From a virus, in the IMG/VR virus record IMGVR_UViG_3300032313_001582, positions 1 through 64,000 of that record: DNA of 64,000 bases; one strand, 5' to 3'. Below the pieces are notes generated by a model. It ran no database searches. It saw only the letters and a program-made list of their open reading frames with translations, and was not told the DNA's origin. Shown here in pieces: positions 1-9,478 of this stretch. Made by a program: the position numbers and the translations under genes. Every line of letters begins with the position of its first letter. Within the stretch, counting starts at the first letter, position 1.

Positions 1-636
1 CAAATCGCCTTCATTACTCCAACTTTTTATCTGGTCTATCGCCAATTGCTCTGGAAAAACGGCTGGGTGATTAATTTTCCCAGTTTTACTACTTCCCACT
101 ATGTATTCAAAAATGTTTCCTCTGATTTTTTCATCCTTCATCACATATTGTTTTATTGCAGTCAACTCACCTTCATTGTTTTTGTATGTGCGTGGCTTAC
201 CCCATGTTTTTTGACCTGCATAAGTACAAGGTATTTTTATGGGATTAAAAGTTTTTGGTCTTCCCTTGCTGAAACAAAACATGTATTCCCATTCTTGTTC
301 ATACCTGTTGTGATTTAACGGCATATAGGTGTGTTTTTTATAAATCATGGTATCGTGTAAATTGAATCCAAGTTCTTTGAAATAAAGTGCTTGTCTAAAA
401 CTCGTTCCACTTTCATTACCATCTTTGGTCTGGTCGCCAATAACCCAAATTATTACGCCTCCATCTTTAACAATTCTCCATAACTCTGTGGCGGTTTTTT
501 CAAAATCAAAACTATACCCCTTATATTTTCGCATGTCATCATAAGGCGGTGATGTGACTATCAAATCAACAAAATTATCTGGCATGCATGCAAGAGTATC
601 TAAGCAAGACTCTTGGTATATTTTGTTCAATTCCAT
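1..636 (-). CDS. Beta-class N4-C/N6-A DNA methyltransferase (partial, runs off the left edge; missing from the ORF track)
   Basis: Manual translation from ATG at 636 gives MELNKIYQESCLDTLACMPDNFVDLIVTSPPYDDMR...; at the window edge it reads HPAVFPEQLAIDQIKSWSNEGDL, which normally precedes DPFxGxG. Confidence 0.9.
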   Translation of the reverse strand, partial: MELNKIYQESCLDTLACMPDNFVDLIVTSPPYDDMRKYKGYSFDFEKTATELWRIVKDGGVIIWVIGDQTKDGNESGTSFRQALYFKELGFNLHDTMIYKKHTYMPLNHNRYEQEWEYMFCFSKGRPKTFNPIKIPCTYAGQKTWGKPRTYKNNEGELTAIKQYVMKDEKIRGNIFEYIVGSSKTGKINHPAVFPEQLAIDQIKSWSNEGDL

Positions 637-641
637 AGCAA

Positions 642-1943
642 TCAAAAAAGTTGTTGTTGCATCAAAAATGGTTCAAGACGCTTGTTGGCTATTTCTACAT
701 ATTTTTCGCTCATTTCAGAACCGATGAATAATCGTTTAGACCTCAAGCAAACTTCAGCAGTACTACCAGTTCCCATGAATGGGTCATACACAACACCACC
801 TTCTGGGCAACCTGCCAGAATAGGTTTGCGAATGAGTTCGTCATTGTACGAAGCATAATGTTCGTTGGTTGATGGCTTGGTAGGAATATCCCAGAAGTCA
901 CTGACGCTTCCTGGGTTTTTACCCCTATCTGCATTTTTATTGATGTCATCTGTTTCAACTACAACAAAACTCATTTTTTCGTCTATCAGAACAAACTCGG
1001 CATCAAGTTCACCCAAGTGAGTTTTGATTGTGTTCCAGTCGTCAACTGACGGGTAGGCAAACCCACCTTCATCATATCTATACCAGTGTGCGACTGTTGT
1101 TTCTATAATTTGGCTTGCTTGAGCCAAACTCTTCATAGAAATTCTTGACCTCATGAAATCAACAAAATCTTTTTGACTGGGGAGGTCTGGTCTTTTTTCA
1201 ATTAAGTTTTTACCCCTTAGTTTATGCATTCCTTGACGATGGTCTTTCTCGTTTTCCAAGTTGTTATACTTAGAAGCACTTTTAACCTCACTCAAATCTA
1301 TTTTTTTCGTTTTTGCGTGTCCGTTATTAGGGTGACTTGAAAATCTTTCTCTTTCGTTACCATAAATTGACTTGTCGCGAATAGAATCCAAATCAAAATA
1401 ATACCTCTCAGATTTTGTCATAAAGAAAAAGTACTCATGCTTTTTTGAAAACCTGTCCGTGCAACTTTCTGGCATCGCGTTTCTTTTTGCCCAAATAACA
1501 TCATTCCTTACAATCCAGCCTCTATCAATACAACCAATAGCAAAACGATGTGGAATCAACAACAAACATTTGTTTGCTATGTCCGTTGCTTTCTGTTGTT
1601 GGAAGCCATTTCCAATAATGTTCTTTTGAGAGATAGACCTTGTGTTACCTTTCTTTTTAGCCCTTTCCAAACCGCGAGTACCGCCAGAAATTGTATTGTA
1701 GGTGTCACCAAGGTTAATCCAACAAGTTCCTGTTGGTTTGAGAACGCGATAAATCTCGTCCATCATAGACCAAAGGTTTTCTAAATATTCATGAAATGTA
1801 GGCTCTAATCCCCATTGCCCATCATAACCATAATCACGAAGTTGCCAGTAGGGAGGCGATGTAATTACGCAATCAAGAAAATTGTCTGGCATTTTTTTGA
1901 GCGTATCCAAACAAGGCTCAACATATATTTGATTGGTTTCCAT
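642..1943 (-). CDS. Beta-class DNA methyltransferase (SPPY, probably m4C) with a long central insertion
   Basis: TSPPYW motif IV near the N-terminus, DPFMGTGST motif I near the C-terminus. Confidence 0.93.
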   Translation of the reverse strand: METNQIYVEPCLDTLKKMPDNFLDCVITSPPYWQLRDYGYDGQWGLEPTFHEYLENLWSMMDEIYRVLKPTGTCWINLGDTYNTISGGTRGLERAKKKGNTRSISQKNIIGNGFQQQKATDIANKCLLLIPHRFAIGCIDRGWIVRNDVIWAKRNAMPESCTDRFSKKHEYFFFMTKSERYYFDLDSIRDKSIYGNERERFSSHPNNGHAKTKKIDLSEVKSASKYNNLENEKDHRQGMHKLRGKNLIEKRPDLPSQKDFVDFMRSRISMKSLAQASQIIETTVAHWYRYDEGGFAYPSVDDWNTIKTHLGELDAEFVLIDEKMSFVVVETDDINKNADRGKNPGSVSDFWDIPTKPSTNEHYASYNDELIRKPILAGCPEGGVVYDPFMGTGSTAEVCLRSKRLFIGSEMSEKYVEIANKRLEPFLMQQQLF

Positions 1944-3262
1944 TAGAATAATTTTTGTTGGGATTGATTCTCCTTAAATTCTTTTTCTGCGTGAGCGATT
2001 CTCGCTTTCGCTATCTCTATATATTCGGGGTCAAGTTCCATACCGATGAAATCAAACCCTTCCAGTATAGCACCTTTGCCCGTTGAACCACTACCCATAA
2101 ATGGGTCTAAAACTATTCCGTTTGGGGGCGTTACCAAACGGCATAAGTAACGCATTAGTTCGGTTGGTTTAACCGTGGGATGAAAATTCAAACTTGTCCT
2201 ATCGTTTGCATTCGTAGATGCAGAATCAAAGTTTCCACCATCAAATTTTTTACTTGATTTTTTATGAAATCCACGAAGACCATCATCCCTATCACTCTTA
2301 CTTGCTTTAGCACAATAAAAGAAACGGGATGCACCACCTTTGTCGCCTTTGAAATTGACATCTCTAATTGGTGGCATTGAACCACTATAACTATTGGTAT
2401 TTCTTTGCTCATAAGGTTTTATGTCACCCGTTTTACTAATTCCACTTTGCTCATCAAGTAGTTTTCCTGCTTCCTCATCGAAAATAATGTTTGCTGGGAA
2501 ACGACCTTGTGGGTCATAATTTTTTGGTTCAATCATTGAATAATCACCATACACATTATTATTGGTCATTGGCTTCGTTCCAAAATCAGCGTGTTGATTT
2601 TTTGCCGTGCTTTCTTTTCTATCCTCTTCATTTTGGAAATTAACCCTACACGCATCAATGTTAATTCCACCCGTTCCGTATTTTAGTACATTTTCGGCTA
2701 TTGATTTTTCCGATAAAGGTTTACGAGCAAGGCATATAGGTTCGTTTGCTGGTTTAAGAGCAGTTCCCCAACCCTCCCATTCACTTTCTCCTTTGGTGAT
2801 GGTTTCCGTGCCATAACCGAATTGCTTGACATTGTTTCTGTTTGCAACATCAGCCAAATAGCCTACCCCTTTTTCTTTGGCTTTTTGAACATCTCCACGC
2901 TTCTTTTCTCCAACAACTTCTCGTTCATTACCTTCTATTTTATCAATCGCTTTACCTATGTTTAGTGACTTAGGAAATCCGCTTCCGTACAACCACATTA
3001 TTTGGTCACGAATTTCAAACCCAGCATCTTCCATGTTTACAACCATGCGGTGATAAGTTCTTGTACCGCCAAAAGACAAAACATGACCTCCATGCTTTAA
3101 TACGCGATATGCCTCTTTCCAAAACTCGACACTGGGAACATCATAATCCCACTTCTTATTCATAAATGATAAGCCGTATGGTGGGTCGGTAACGATACTA
3201 TCTACGCTACTGTCGGGTAGCGTTTTTAACAATTCAAGGTTATTGCCGTGTAATATTTGCAT
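1943..3262 (-). CDS. Beta-class DNA methyltransferase (DPPY, probably m6A)
   Basis: TDPPYG, HPTVKP, DPFMGSGSTG. Confidence 0.93.
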   Translation of the reverse strand: MQILHGNNLELLKTLPDSSVDSIVTDPPYGLSFMNKKWDYDVPSVEFWKEAYRVLKHGGHVLSFGGTRTYHRMVVNMEDAGFEIRDQIMWLYGSGFPKSLNIGKAIDKIEGNEREVVGEKKRGDVQKAKEKGVGYLADVANRNNVKQFGYGTETITKGESEWEGWGTALKPANEPICLARKPLSEKSIAENVLKYGTGGINIDACRVNFQNEEDRKESTAKNQHADFGTKPMTNNNVYGDYSMIEPKNYDPQGRFPANIIFDEEAGKLLDEQSGISKTGDIKPYEQRNTNSYSGSMPPIRDVNFKGDKGGASRFFYCAKASKSDRDDGLRGFHKKSSKKFDGGNFDSASTNANDRTSLNFHPTVKPTELMRYLCRLVTPPNGIVLDPFMGSGSTGKGAILEGFDFIGMELDPEYIEIAKARIAHAEKEFKENQSQQKLF

Positions 3263-3265
3263 TTG

Positions 3266-3817
3266 TTATTTATTGTTATTCTTCTTTTGTAACTTTTCGT
3301 AGTAGTAATTAACCAAAGCGTTTTTTTCGTGGTCGTTTCTCCAGTAATCGTAGGTGAATTCCAGCATGTGTTCAATACCAAAAATTTTACCTGCTTCCAA
3401 AAATTGCGAATGGCTATTTCTGAGTTTCTCATTCATCTCAGACAAGTTTTTATTTTCTGAATCTTTCAGCAATTGACTCATATTCACTATGGATTTCATG
3501 ATTTCTAAGGCTACCATTCCTTCATAGTTGTTGTTTAGGTTTTGTTTTAATTCATCGTAAGACCACGAAACGAAACGTGCCATGTTTTGCATGGGAGTCA
3601 AGTTCCCGTCAAGCATAAAGGCATCTGATTCTTTGTTGAACCCCACACCTTCTGGGAGTTCCATCTCCAAAGAAGACTCTTTAATAACCAAGTCCTTGTC
3701 TACAATCTTTTGAACTTTACGCTTCCATCGTTCTGCTGATTTCAAATCCGCAAAAGAACCGAACATCTCAGATTCGTCTATTGCCCACACATTGTAAAAG
3801 CGTTCGGTTTTTTTCAT
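3266..3817 (-). CDS. Hypothetical protein
   Basis: 183-aa ORF tightly packed in the minus-strand operon. Confidence 0.75.
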   Translation of the reverse strand: MKKTERFYNVWAIDESEMFGSFADLKSAERWKRKVQKIVDKDLVIKESSLEMELPEGVGFNKESDAFMLDGNLTPMQNMARFVSWSYDELKQNLNNNYEGMVALEIMKSIVNMSQLLKDSENKNLSEMNEKLRNSHSQFLEAGKIFGIEHMLEFTYDYWRNDHEKNALVNYYYEKLQKKNNNK

Positions 3818-3820
3818 CGG

Positions 3821-3840
3821 TTGTTATTTTCAAAAATAAT
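3821..3840. promoter_or_regulatory. Palindromic operator-like site containing a minus-strand TAnnTTTG box
   Basis: TTGTTATTTT-CA-AAAATAAT directly upstream of the ATG at 3817. Confidence 0.55.
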
Positions 3841-3873
3841 AAATAATAATTAATAAATTGTAATTGTGCCCTT

Positions 3874-4368
3874 CTATTTTTCAACACAAGCCTGTTGGTA
3901 AATACCAGCGTTTTCAATCAAAGATATTCCGTCTGACAAAGTTTGTCCCAGTTGCAGAATGATTGGGAATTTCTCTTTGTAACGCTCGGTAATCCAGTCA
4001 TACCAGCAATAAGAAACCAAGTAAATCATTTTTTCAGAATCACCCCTATTCTTCATTCTTTCTTGGTATTCCCAGTAACAATCTAATGATGGAATTACGG
4101 TAATGTAAGGCAAATTTCGTTTGAGCAACTCGTCCCTTACAACATAGTGGGTGCTTATTAAAATGTACTTGAACTTACCAATTTGTTCTTCAAGTGCGTC
4201 AATGTAATTTTTTGGGAAGTTAGGGTTTCGCTTTCGCTCGGCATTGTTTTCCGTAATCCAGTTGAACTGACTTGAATCCAAGTCCAACACATCCATCCTT
4301 TGAGTAGAAAAAGTGGTTTTCCCGATAGCAGGAAAACCACAGATAATAAAAGTTTTCATTTGTTCCAA
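3874..4368 (-). CDS. Small P-loop kinase-like protein
   Basis: N-terminal IICGFPAIGKTT Walker A, followed by DLDSS. Confidence 0.75.
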   Translation of the reverse strand: MEQMKTFIICGFPAIGKTTFSTQRMDVLDLDSSQFNWITENNAERKRNPNFPKNYIDALEEQIGKFKYILISTHYVVRDELLKRNLPYITVIPSLDCYWEYQERMKNRGDSEKMIYLVSYCWYDWITERYKEKFPIILQLGQTLSDGISLIENAGIYQQACVEK

Positions 4369-4724
4369 TTCAACACTCCGTTTTCAATGTGATAAATTGT
4401 CATCATTTGCGAACTTACTCTTCTTTGTAGAGAATCAAGAAATTCTTTCAATTCCTCTTCTGTTTCCGCGATGTAATAACCTTTTTGACCAGCACAGATT
4501 CTTGCATCTACATTCAGGCGTAAATACTGAATAATTTGACGAAAATAAGAGTCTTCAAGTTTGAAATATAATTGAGTTTTTACTTTTATCTCTTCACAGG
4601 TTTTTGATTTTGATTTTCCAATTCTTGTCTTTAAGTAAGCATATATTTTCTTAGAGTAAGAAAGATGTGTCACACTTAATTGATTATAGATGTGGAAATC
4701 TATTGGTACATTCATCGTCTGCAT
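4356..4724 (-). CDS. Winged-HTH-like phage DNA-binding protein
   Basis: RQIIQYLR...ICAGQKGYYIAETEEEL pattern typical of small phage wHTH proteins. Confidence 0.55.
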   Translation of the reverse strand: MQTMNVPIDFHIYNQLSVTHLSYSKKIYAYLKTRIGKSKSKTCEEIKVKTQLYFKLEDSYFRQIIQYLRLNVDARICAGQKGYYIAETEEELKEFLDSLQRRVSSQMMTIYHIENGVLNWNK

Positions 4725-4736
4725 AGTGATACAATA

Positions 4737-5006
4737 TTACACTCGGTAAAAAATATTTTTGGCTCGGTTAATCATCTTTGCAGAAACCTCTGGTGACACT
4801 CCTTTTTCGAAGAGTCTTTCAGACCAATTGTCATCCAAGTGGTCTAAAAATATTTGAAGTTCTTTTGACTCTGGCAAAGGGTGATATTCGGTTGCCCAAA
4901 TATCCCATAGTTCAGTCCACCATTTTATGAATGGTGATTCTTCATCATAAATAGTCATGGGTTGTAAATGGTCTTTTGCAAACATCTTAGTAGGTGTCTT
5001 TATCAA
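4737..5006 (-). CDS. Hypothetical protein
   Basis: 89-aa ORF in the operon; start uncertain. Confidence 0.6.
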   Translation of the reverse strand: MIKTPTKMFAKDHLQPMTIYDEESPFIKWWTELWDIWATEYHPLPESKELQIFLDHLDDNWSERLFEKGVSPEVSAKMINRAKNIFYRV

Positions 5007-5565
5007 GTGCTTCTTGTTCTTTTTCTGACTTTTCCATCATCTCGTTGTTTTCATAAACAAGAGCGACTTTACCACTGCTATTTATACGAACTGCAATAGT
5101 TTGGTTTGGATAAGTTTCATCGGGTTGCCAAACGCTCATGTAAAAACATTTGTCCACGGCAACTGCGGTCATTTCATAACCATCACCCAAATCGTATGGG
5201 TCTGAAAAAAACGAATGTGTTTCATCTGGAGTTCCGTACTTCTGAGTAACACGATTTACAACTTCATCATACTTAGCAGAAAGAGAATACCATGATGTTT
5301 CCTCTGGATACAACACAACGATTTTCTTGGTCATTTTGGTTGTAGGAGTTCCTGCAACGAGCAATTTAACAGATTCATTGTTTAGCGTACCTTTCATTAC
5401 GATAAGGGTTGGAGAAGACTCAGAAAGCGAAGTGACAAATCCTTTTGCTTTCATTTGAGTAGAGAAAGAAGTAAGAGTTCCAGATACAGATACTCCCATG
5501 AATGTTTGAGCATGAGCAACAATGCTAATCAGCACTGCGGTCATAATGGTGGTGATTTTTTTCAT
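4987..5565 (-). CDS. Secreted/periplasmic protein with Sec signal peptide
   Basis: MKK, hydrophobic core, then AHA|Q cleavage site. Confidence 0.8.
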   Translation of the reverse strand: MKKITTIMTAVLISIVAHAQTFMGVSVSGTLTSFSTQMKAKGFVTSLSESSPTLIVMKGTLNNESVKLLVAGTPTTKMTKKIVVLYPEETSWYSLSAKYDEVVNRVTQKYGTPDETHSFFSDPYDLGDGYEMTAVAVDKCFYMSVWQPDETYPNQTIAVRINSSGKVALVYENNEMMEKSEKEQEALDKDTY

Positions 5566-5585
5566 ATTTTTTTGTTTTATTTTGT

Positions 5586-6119
5586 TTACAGGAATTGAAT
5601 ATAGTAAGACTTAAAGCCTCCTCCAAAAGTTTTTCCATTTGTCCAGTTTCCGTGATACACGATAAAATCGTCCGTAGTGATTTTGTCAAAATACCAATAT
5701 CCAAAAACTTGACTTCCATCGGCATTGTGTTCCACATAAAGCCTGTCGTAGTTCCTTCCTAAAAACTCTGGATGTCTTTGCGGAACAATCGCGATGGTAA
5801 TCCAGTTAGCATCATTTTCCAAGAATGGTGTCTGGGATTGTTTGTCGTACCATAAAGACTTTGGCAGATAGCAAATCGCACCAGTTTGACCATCTTCATT
5901 TACATAGATGTAACCATAACAAGATGGACTTGATGTAAGCGATTCCTTCAAAACAAACTCTTGGTTTGCTTCTGTGGGAGCAAGCAAGTAACTCATCCAA
6001 TTAGCACCCGATGTTTTTTCAACATAACCGCCTCCAGCAACCGAATCCATGTAATTAATTTGAGCCATCGCGTTAACGCTTAATAGCGCAATACAAACGC
6101 TTAAAAATACCTTTTTCAT
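5586..6119 (-). CDS. Secreted/periplasmic protein with Sec signal peptide
   Basis: MKK, hydrophobic core, then AMA|Q cleavage site. Confidence 0.8.
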   Translation of the reverse strand: MKKVFLSVCIALLSVNAMAQINYMDSVAGGGYVEKTSGANWMSYLLAPTEANQEFVLKESLTSSPSCYGYIYVNEDGQTGAICYLPKSLWYDKQSQTPFLENDANWITIAIVPQRHPEFLGRNYDRLYVEHNADGSQVFGYWYFDKITTDDFIVYHGNWTNGKTFGGGFKSYYIQFL

Positions 6120-6123
6120 AGGA

Positions 6124-6381
6124 TTAACAATCTCCTGCGGATGGAAAAGATGGATTTAAATGTTCGAGTTCATTCAAACAATTCAAATGTTGTTCGTAAA
6201 GCAAAGAGCAATGTTCTGTAATCCAGAACTCATGATAAACCTTTACTTTACAATCTGGAAATTCTTCGCGTTTGCTTTGAATAAATTCGTGCAACATGTG
6301 TTCTTCGGCAAAATTACAACCGCCTTCTTGGACGATGTGAATGTCTTGAATAACTTGCCATAGGGTTTCGTGTTTTTTCAT
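6124..6381 (-). CDS. Hypothetical protein
   Basis: 85-aa ORF immediately downstream of a promoter. Confidence 0.65.
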   Translation of the reverse strand: MKKHETLWQVIQDIHIVQEGGCNFAEEHMLHEFIQSKREEFPDCKVKVYHEFWITEHCSLLYEQHLNCLNELEHLNPSFPSAGDC

Positions 6382-6388
6382 AACAAGG

Positions 6389-6418
6389 CAAATCTAATGT
6401 TATCTCTGAAAATAACAA
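6389..6418 (-). promoter_or_regulatory. Bacteroidota-type sigma70 promoter overlapped by an operator palindrome
   Basis: Minus strand TTG-N19-TAGATTTG; the palindrome TGTTATCTC-TG-AAAATAACAA spans the spacer and -33 box. Confidence 0.6.
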
Positions 6419-6468
6419 CAACAAAAAAATAAAAACTTTGTGAATGAACAAATTCTTTGAGTAAACAA

Positions 6469-7248
6469 TCACTTGTTGCTTCTATTGAGTACATAAGCAC
6501 TTTGCTCCATACCCAAGTTTATGCAATGGCATTTTTTATAGAACCAAGAATCAAAAACCTTGTCGAACCTCAATCCAAACTCCAATTTAAAAGGAACTAC
6601 GATTCCATTCAATCTGGGAATAGCCTCGAAAGTTTTAAGCCTTATAAGTTTTGCGTTATCAAAAATGGCTGGTTTCAAATTGAACGAGGGTTGGTTTTGC
6701 CACATTGTTGGTTTGTTATTAAACAAAATTTCGCTGGCAATCTCATCTATAAACAAGGGTTCAAGCAACAACCTGTTTTCATCGTAATACCATTTCCATG
6801 TTTTCTCGTTATGTTCAATCTGGTCTAAAATGTTTTCTGGGAAGTTTCTAAATGGCTCGGTAAATCCTAACATCGCGGTTATCTTGTTCTTAAAATTGCT
6901 CAAGGCTTCATTGATGTTGATGTCTTCAATGAATTGCCAATCATCCTCTGTATGAAGTACATATCTTGAATTTGAGTGAGCCATATCATATTTCCAGTCT
7001 TGCATGATTCGGCTATGGCGGTATCCGTCTTTAAAATCATTAGCATCGTAAAATCTTGAAACCATCCGTTTAGGTTTAAAGAAGTACCTTAACATGTATT
7101 GCATCTCTGCTCTTTCCTCCTCGCAACTACTATCGTCATAATGATAGATTGTTTTTGGAGTAAAGCCTTGAACTCGCTCTTTTATTGAAGTTACGCTCTG
7201 AACAAACAAGTCCATACGTTGAGATGTAGTGATTGATAAATCTATCAT
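6469..7248 (-). CDS. GT-A fold (GT2-like) glycosyltransferase
   Basis: N-terminal LSITTSQR, YHYDDSS and VLHTEDDW motifs. Confidence 0.75.
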   Translation of the reverse strand: MIDLSITTSQRMDLFVQSVTSIKERVQGFTPKTIYHYDDSSCEEERAEMQYMLRYFFKPKRMVSRFYDANDFKDGYRHSRIMQDWKYDMAHSNSRYVLHTEDDWQFIEDININEALSNFKNKITAMLGFTEPFRNFPENILDQIEHNEKTWKWYYDENRLLLEPLFIDEIASEILFNNKPTMWQNQPSFNLKPAIFDNAKLIRLKTFEAIPRLNGIVVPFKLEFGLRFDKVFDSWFYKKCHCINLGMEQSAYVLNRSNK

Positions 7249-7253
7249 GAGGG

Positions 7254-7289
7254 CAAAAGTAAATCTATTGTTATTATTTTCAAAGATAA
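7254..7289 (-). promoter_or_regulatory. Bacteroidota-type promoter with a degenerate operator copy
   Basis: Minus strand TTTG-N19-TACTTTTG; TTATTTT-CA-AAGATAA at 7274-7289. Confidence 0.55.
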
Positions 7290-7334
7290 GACATAAATTG
7301 ATTTGGGTTGTTTAAAAAGTTTTATATTTGCCTT

Positions 7335-7655
7335 ATGGATAATTCATCCTTCAAGAAATTTATTTTAAAAAGGGTTCTTGCAGAAAATGGTACTGAGTAT
7401 GCTATTTTTGAACCAGAAACAGAAGAGTTGGTTTTTCAGTCATCCGAATTAGCCATGGAAGAAATGCATAGTAATTACAGGCACTATCGTCAAGCGAACG
7501 GAATAGCAACGCCTTACGCCACGGTGTCCAATGAGATGTTAGACTTCATAGTTAATAATGGTGGCGAAGTAGAAATCAAAGGCTTCTATGAAAACGAAAT
7601 ATTTAAACCAGATTTTATAGCAAATAGAGTAATAATCAAATGGAACAGACTTTAG
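7335..7655 (+). CDS. Hypothetical protein
   Basis: ATG at 7335 follows a TATATTTG box (7323-7330); first gene of the divergent plus-strand block. Confidence 0.7.
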   Translation: MDNSSFKKFILKRVLAENGTEYAIFEPETEELVFQSSELAMEEMHSNYRHYRQANGIATPYATVSNEMLDFIVNNGGEVEIKGFYENEIFKPDFIANRVIIKWNRL

Positions 7656-7813
7656 TAGATGATATAGTGGCAATCTTGGATGAGCATGCTATTCAGAATG
7701 AATTTGACGGAACTGTAAGAGTTTCTTTGGAAGAAGTGGCAAAAGCACTTGAAAAAATGATTTTAGTTAAGATGAACTATCAAAAAAGACAATTAATGAA
7801 ATTGAAGCCATGA
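7640..7813 (+). CDS. Small hypothetical protein (57 aa, below the ORF-track cutoff)
   Basis: MEQTLVDDIVAILDEH...; fills the gap and overlaps both neighbours. Confidence 0.6.
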   Translation: MEQTLVDDIVAILDEHAIQNEFDGTVRVSLEEVAKALEKMILVKMNYQKRQLMKLKP

Positions 7814-8160
7814 TACAAATACACCTTTACACTCTTATCGCCTTGTTTTTGTTTTTTCTATCAGGGATAATAATACCAGCACACTTGAAGTTTAAGAATT
7901 TGACCAGACAGAAGTTCAGTGGTAACTACATGGTATTTCATGAAGCAAGTAAAAACCGAAAACGATTAATCATGATTTTTTTGATTAGCGGAACATTGTT
8001 GCTATGGAAATACCCATTAATAGTCAAGCACGACTTTTTAGATAAACAAGTAGAAAATACCTTTATTTTTATGATGGATGTTGCCATTTGTTTCTTTGTT
8101 ATGGTAGTTGGTGGTAGAATTGGGAATTTCTTGTTGAAATATTTTGAAGATAAAAAGTGA
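7810..8160 (+). CDS. Membrane protein (about 3 TM helices)
   Basis: Three hydrophobic segments. Confidence 0.7.
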   Translation: MIQIHLYTLIALFLFFLSGIIIPAHLKFKNLTRQKFSGNYMVFHEASKNRKRLIMIFLISGTLLLWKYPLIVKHDFLDKQVENTFIFMMDVAICFFVMVVGGRIGNFLLKYFEDKK

Positions 8161-8168
8161 GTAGTGTG

Positions 8169-8197
8169 TTGTTATTTTGAAAAATAATCTAATTTTG
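8169..8197 (+). promoter_or_regulatory. Bacteroidota-type promoter with operator palindrome
   Basis: TTG-N18-TAATTTTG; TTGTTATTTT-GA-AAAATAAT at 8169-8188. Confidence 0.6.
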
Positions 8198-8202
8198 CAA
8201 AT

Positions 8203-8349
8203 ATGACACACAAAATTATTGCCACTGACCCTAAAGAGCCGAAAGAAATCTCTCAAGAAGAGGATTTTTTTCCAATGCAAAAAGATGGAATTGACTATCC
8301 CGACCAGTTAGATGAAACATTAGAATTTTTGGAGGAGGAAGAAGTATGA
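8203..8349 (+). CDS. Small acidic protein (48 aa)
   Basis: MTHKIIATDPKEPKEISQEEDFF...EEEEV; lies between the promoter and the next gene with an ATGA overlap. Confidence 0.55.
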   Translation: MTHKIIATDPKEPKEISQEEDFFPMQKDGIDYPDQLDETLEFLEEEEV

Positions 8350-8660
8350 AGTACAATTTTCTAAATATAATCCTATCTGTGTGTGGTGCTTTCTTGGTTT
8401 TGATAATTTATTCAATCACCAAGAGGAAGAAAGAAATTCCAACAAAAGAACATGTCGAAGTTCCAAAAAATCAAGCCAATATTGTCTTAGCACACATTGA
8501 AATGTATGGAAGCATCTGTAAAACAGAAGCACAGGAACTTTACGGGATTAAAAATCTCAAAGCAGTTGTTCATGTAATTAGAACAAAGCACAAGATTGAA
8601 ATAGAAAGTATTTCTCAAAGGGGTGGTGACGAATTCCGTGGGTATGCTTTTAAGAAATAA
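8346..8660 (+). CDS. Membrane-anchored HTH protein
   Basis: N-terminal TM helix; VLAHIEMYGSICKTEAQELYGIKNLKAVVHVIR resembles 25472-25732. Confidence 0.65.
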   Translation: MKYNFLNIILSVCGAFLVLIIYSITKRKKEIPTKEHVEVPKNQANIVLAHIEMYGSICKTEAQELYGIKNLKAVVHVIRTKHKIEIESISQRGGDEFRGYAFKK

Positions 8661-8661
8661 T

Positions 8662-8880
8662 ATGAAAAACACAACTAAACTACAAAGACTGCTTATTCAA
8701 AGAGGGCTTTCGCAAAGCGATTTACAAAAAAAGGTGCATGCTAAGACTGGTATAAAAATTGAGCCTTACAGGGTTTCTAAAATTGTTAATGGTTCTATAA
8801 CTAATTATTTCACAGAAACTGCCAGAGCGATAGCAAGAACATTAGAAGTTCCAATCGAAGAAATCCTTGAAGACAATTGA
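8662..8880 (+). CDS. XRE/Cro-like HTH transcriptional regulator
   Basis: LLIQRGLSQSDL...VSKIVNG...IARTLEVPIEEIL. Confidence 0.8.
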   Translation: MKNTTKLQRLLIQRGLSQSDLQKKVHAKTGIKIEPYRVSKIVNGSITNYFTETARAIARTLEVPIEEILEDN

Positions 8881-9478
8881 GTTTTTGAAGGTGCTTGTTA
8901 CTAAAAGCACTTCGCATCAATTAATTTGGCTGAAAATTTTGGCAGAGGGAGATAATGTACCTCTGGCAGTTTTGGCTAAAATAGGTGGTGTGGGAAAAAC
9001 TCAAGCGTTCAACATAGTCCAATGGGGTAAAGAACTACAAGGTGGTAATTCGCCAAAAATTCTCCAAAAACCAGAGGTAAAAAAACTCCCGATGGTTATC
9101 AATGCCGACAAACAAAAGGATGACGACAAAAGCACTATTCGCCAAAAAGTTGAAGAAATAATAGCATACTTGAATATGGCAACAGGTAAAAAGTTTTCAT
9201 CAACTGGGGTAGACAATACAAAATTTGTGACGAAAAGACTCAGTGAAAACTATTCATTCGAAGACTTCAAGCATGTAATCGATGTTAAAACCGCTAAATG
9301 GAAAGGAACGGACATGGATGAATATTTAAGACCACAAACTCTTTTTGGCAATAAGTTCAATGCATATTTAAATGAAACAATTAACAATGGAAGACAACAA
9401 ACCAGCAGTATCCAACAAACAATTGACACCGCACAAAGAGTCGCAGAGTCTTTCGATTGGGGGGTGGATTCGGAATGA
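8867..9478 (+). CDS. Phage replication initiator-like protein with a conserved phage C-terminal (Phg_2220_C-like) domain
   Basis: IIAYLN..TGKKF...DFKHVID.K...W...YLRPQTLFGNKFNAYLNE. Confidence 0.8.
   Translation: MKTIEFLKVLVTKSTSHQLIWLKILAEGDNVPLAVLAKIGGVGKTQAFNIVQWGKELQGGNSPKILQKPEVKKLPMVINADKQKDDDKSTIRQKVEEIIAYLNMATGKKFSSTGVDNTKFVTKRLSENYSFEDFKHVIDVKTAKWKGTDMDEYLRPQTLFGNKFNAYLNETINNGRQQTSSIQQTIDTAQRVAESFDWGVDSE

Noticed and set aside
46-858. Plus-strand ORFs 46-318 and 613-858
   Set aside because: They are antisense to clear methyltransferase genes; the same applies to most short overlapping ORFs in the track
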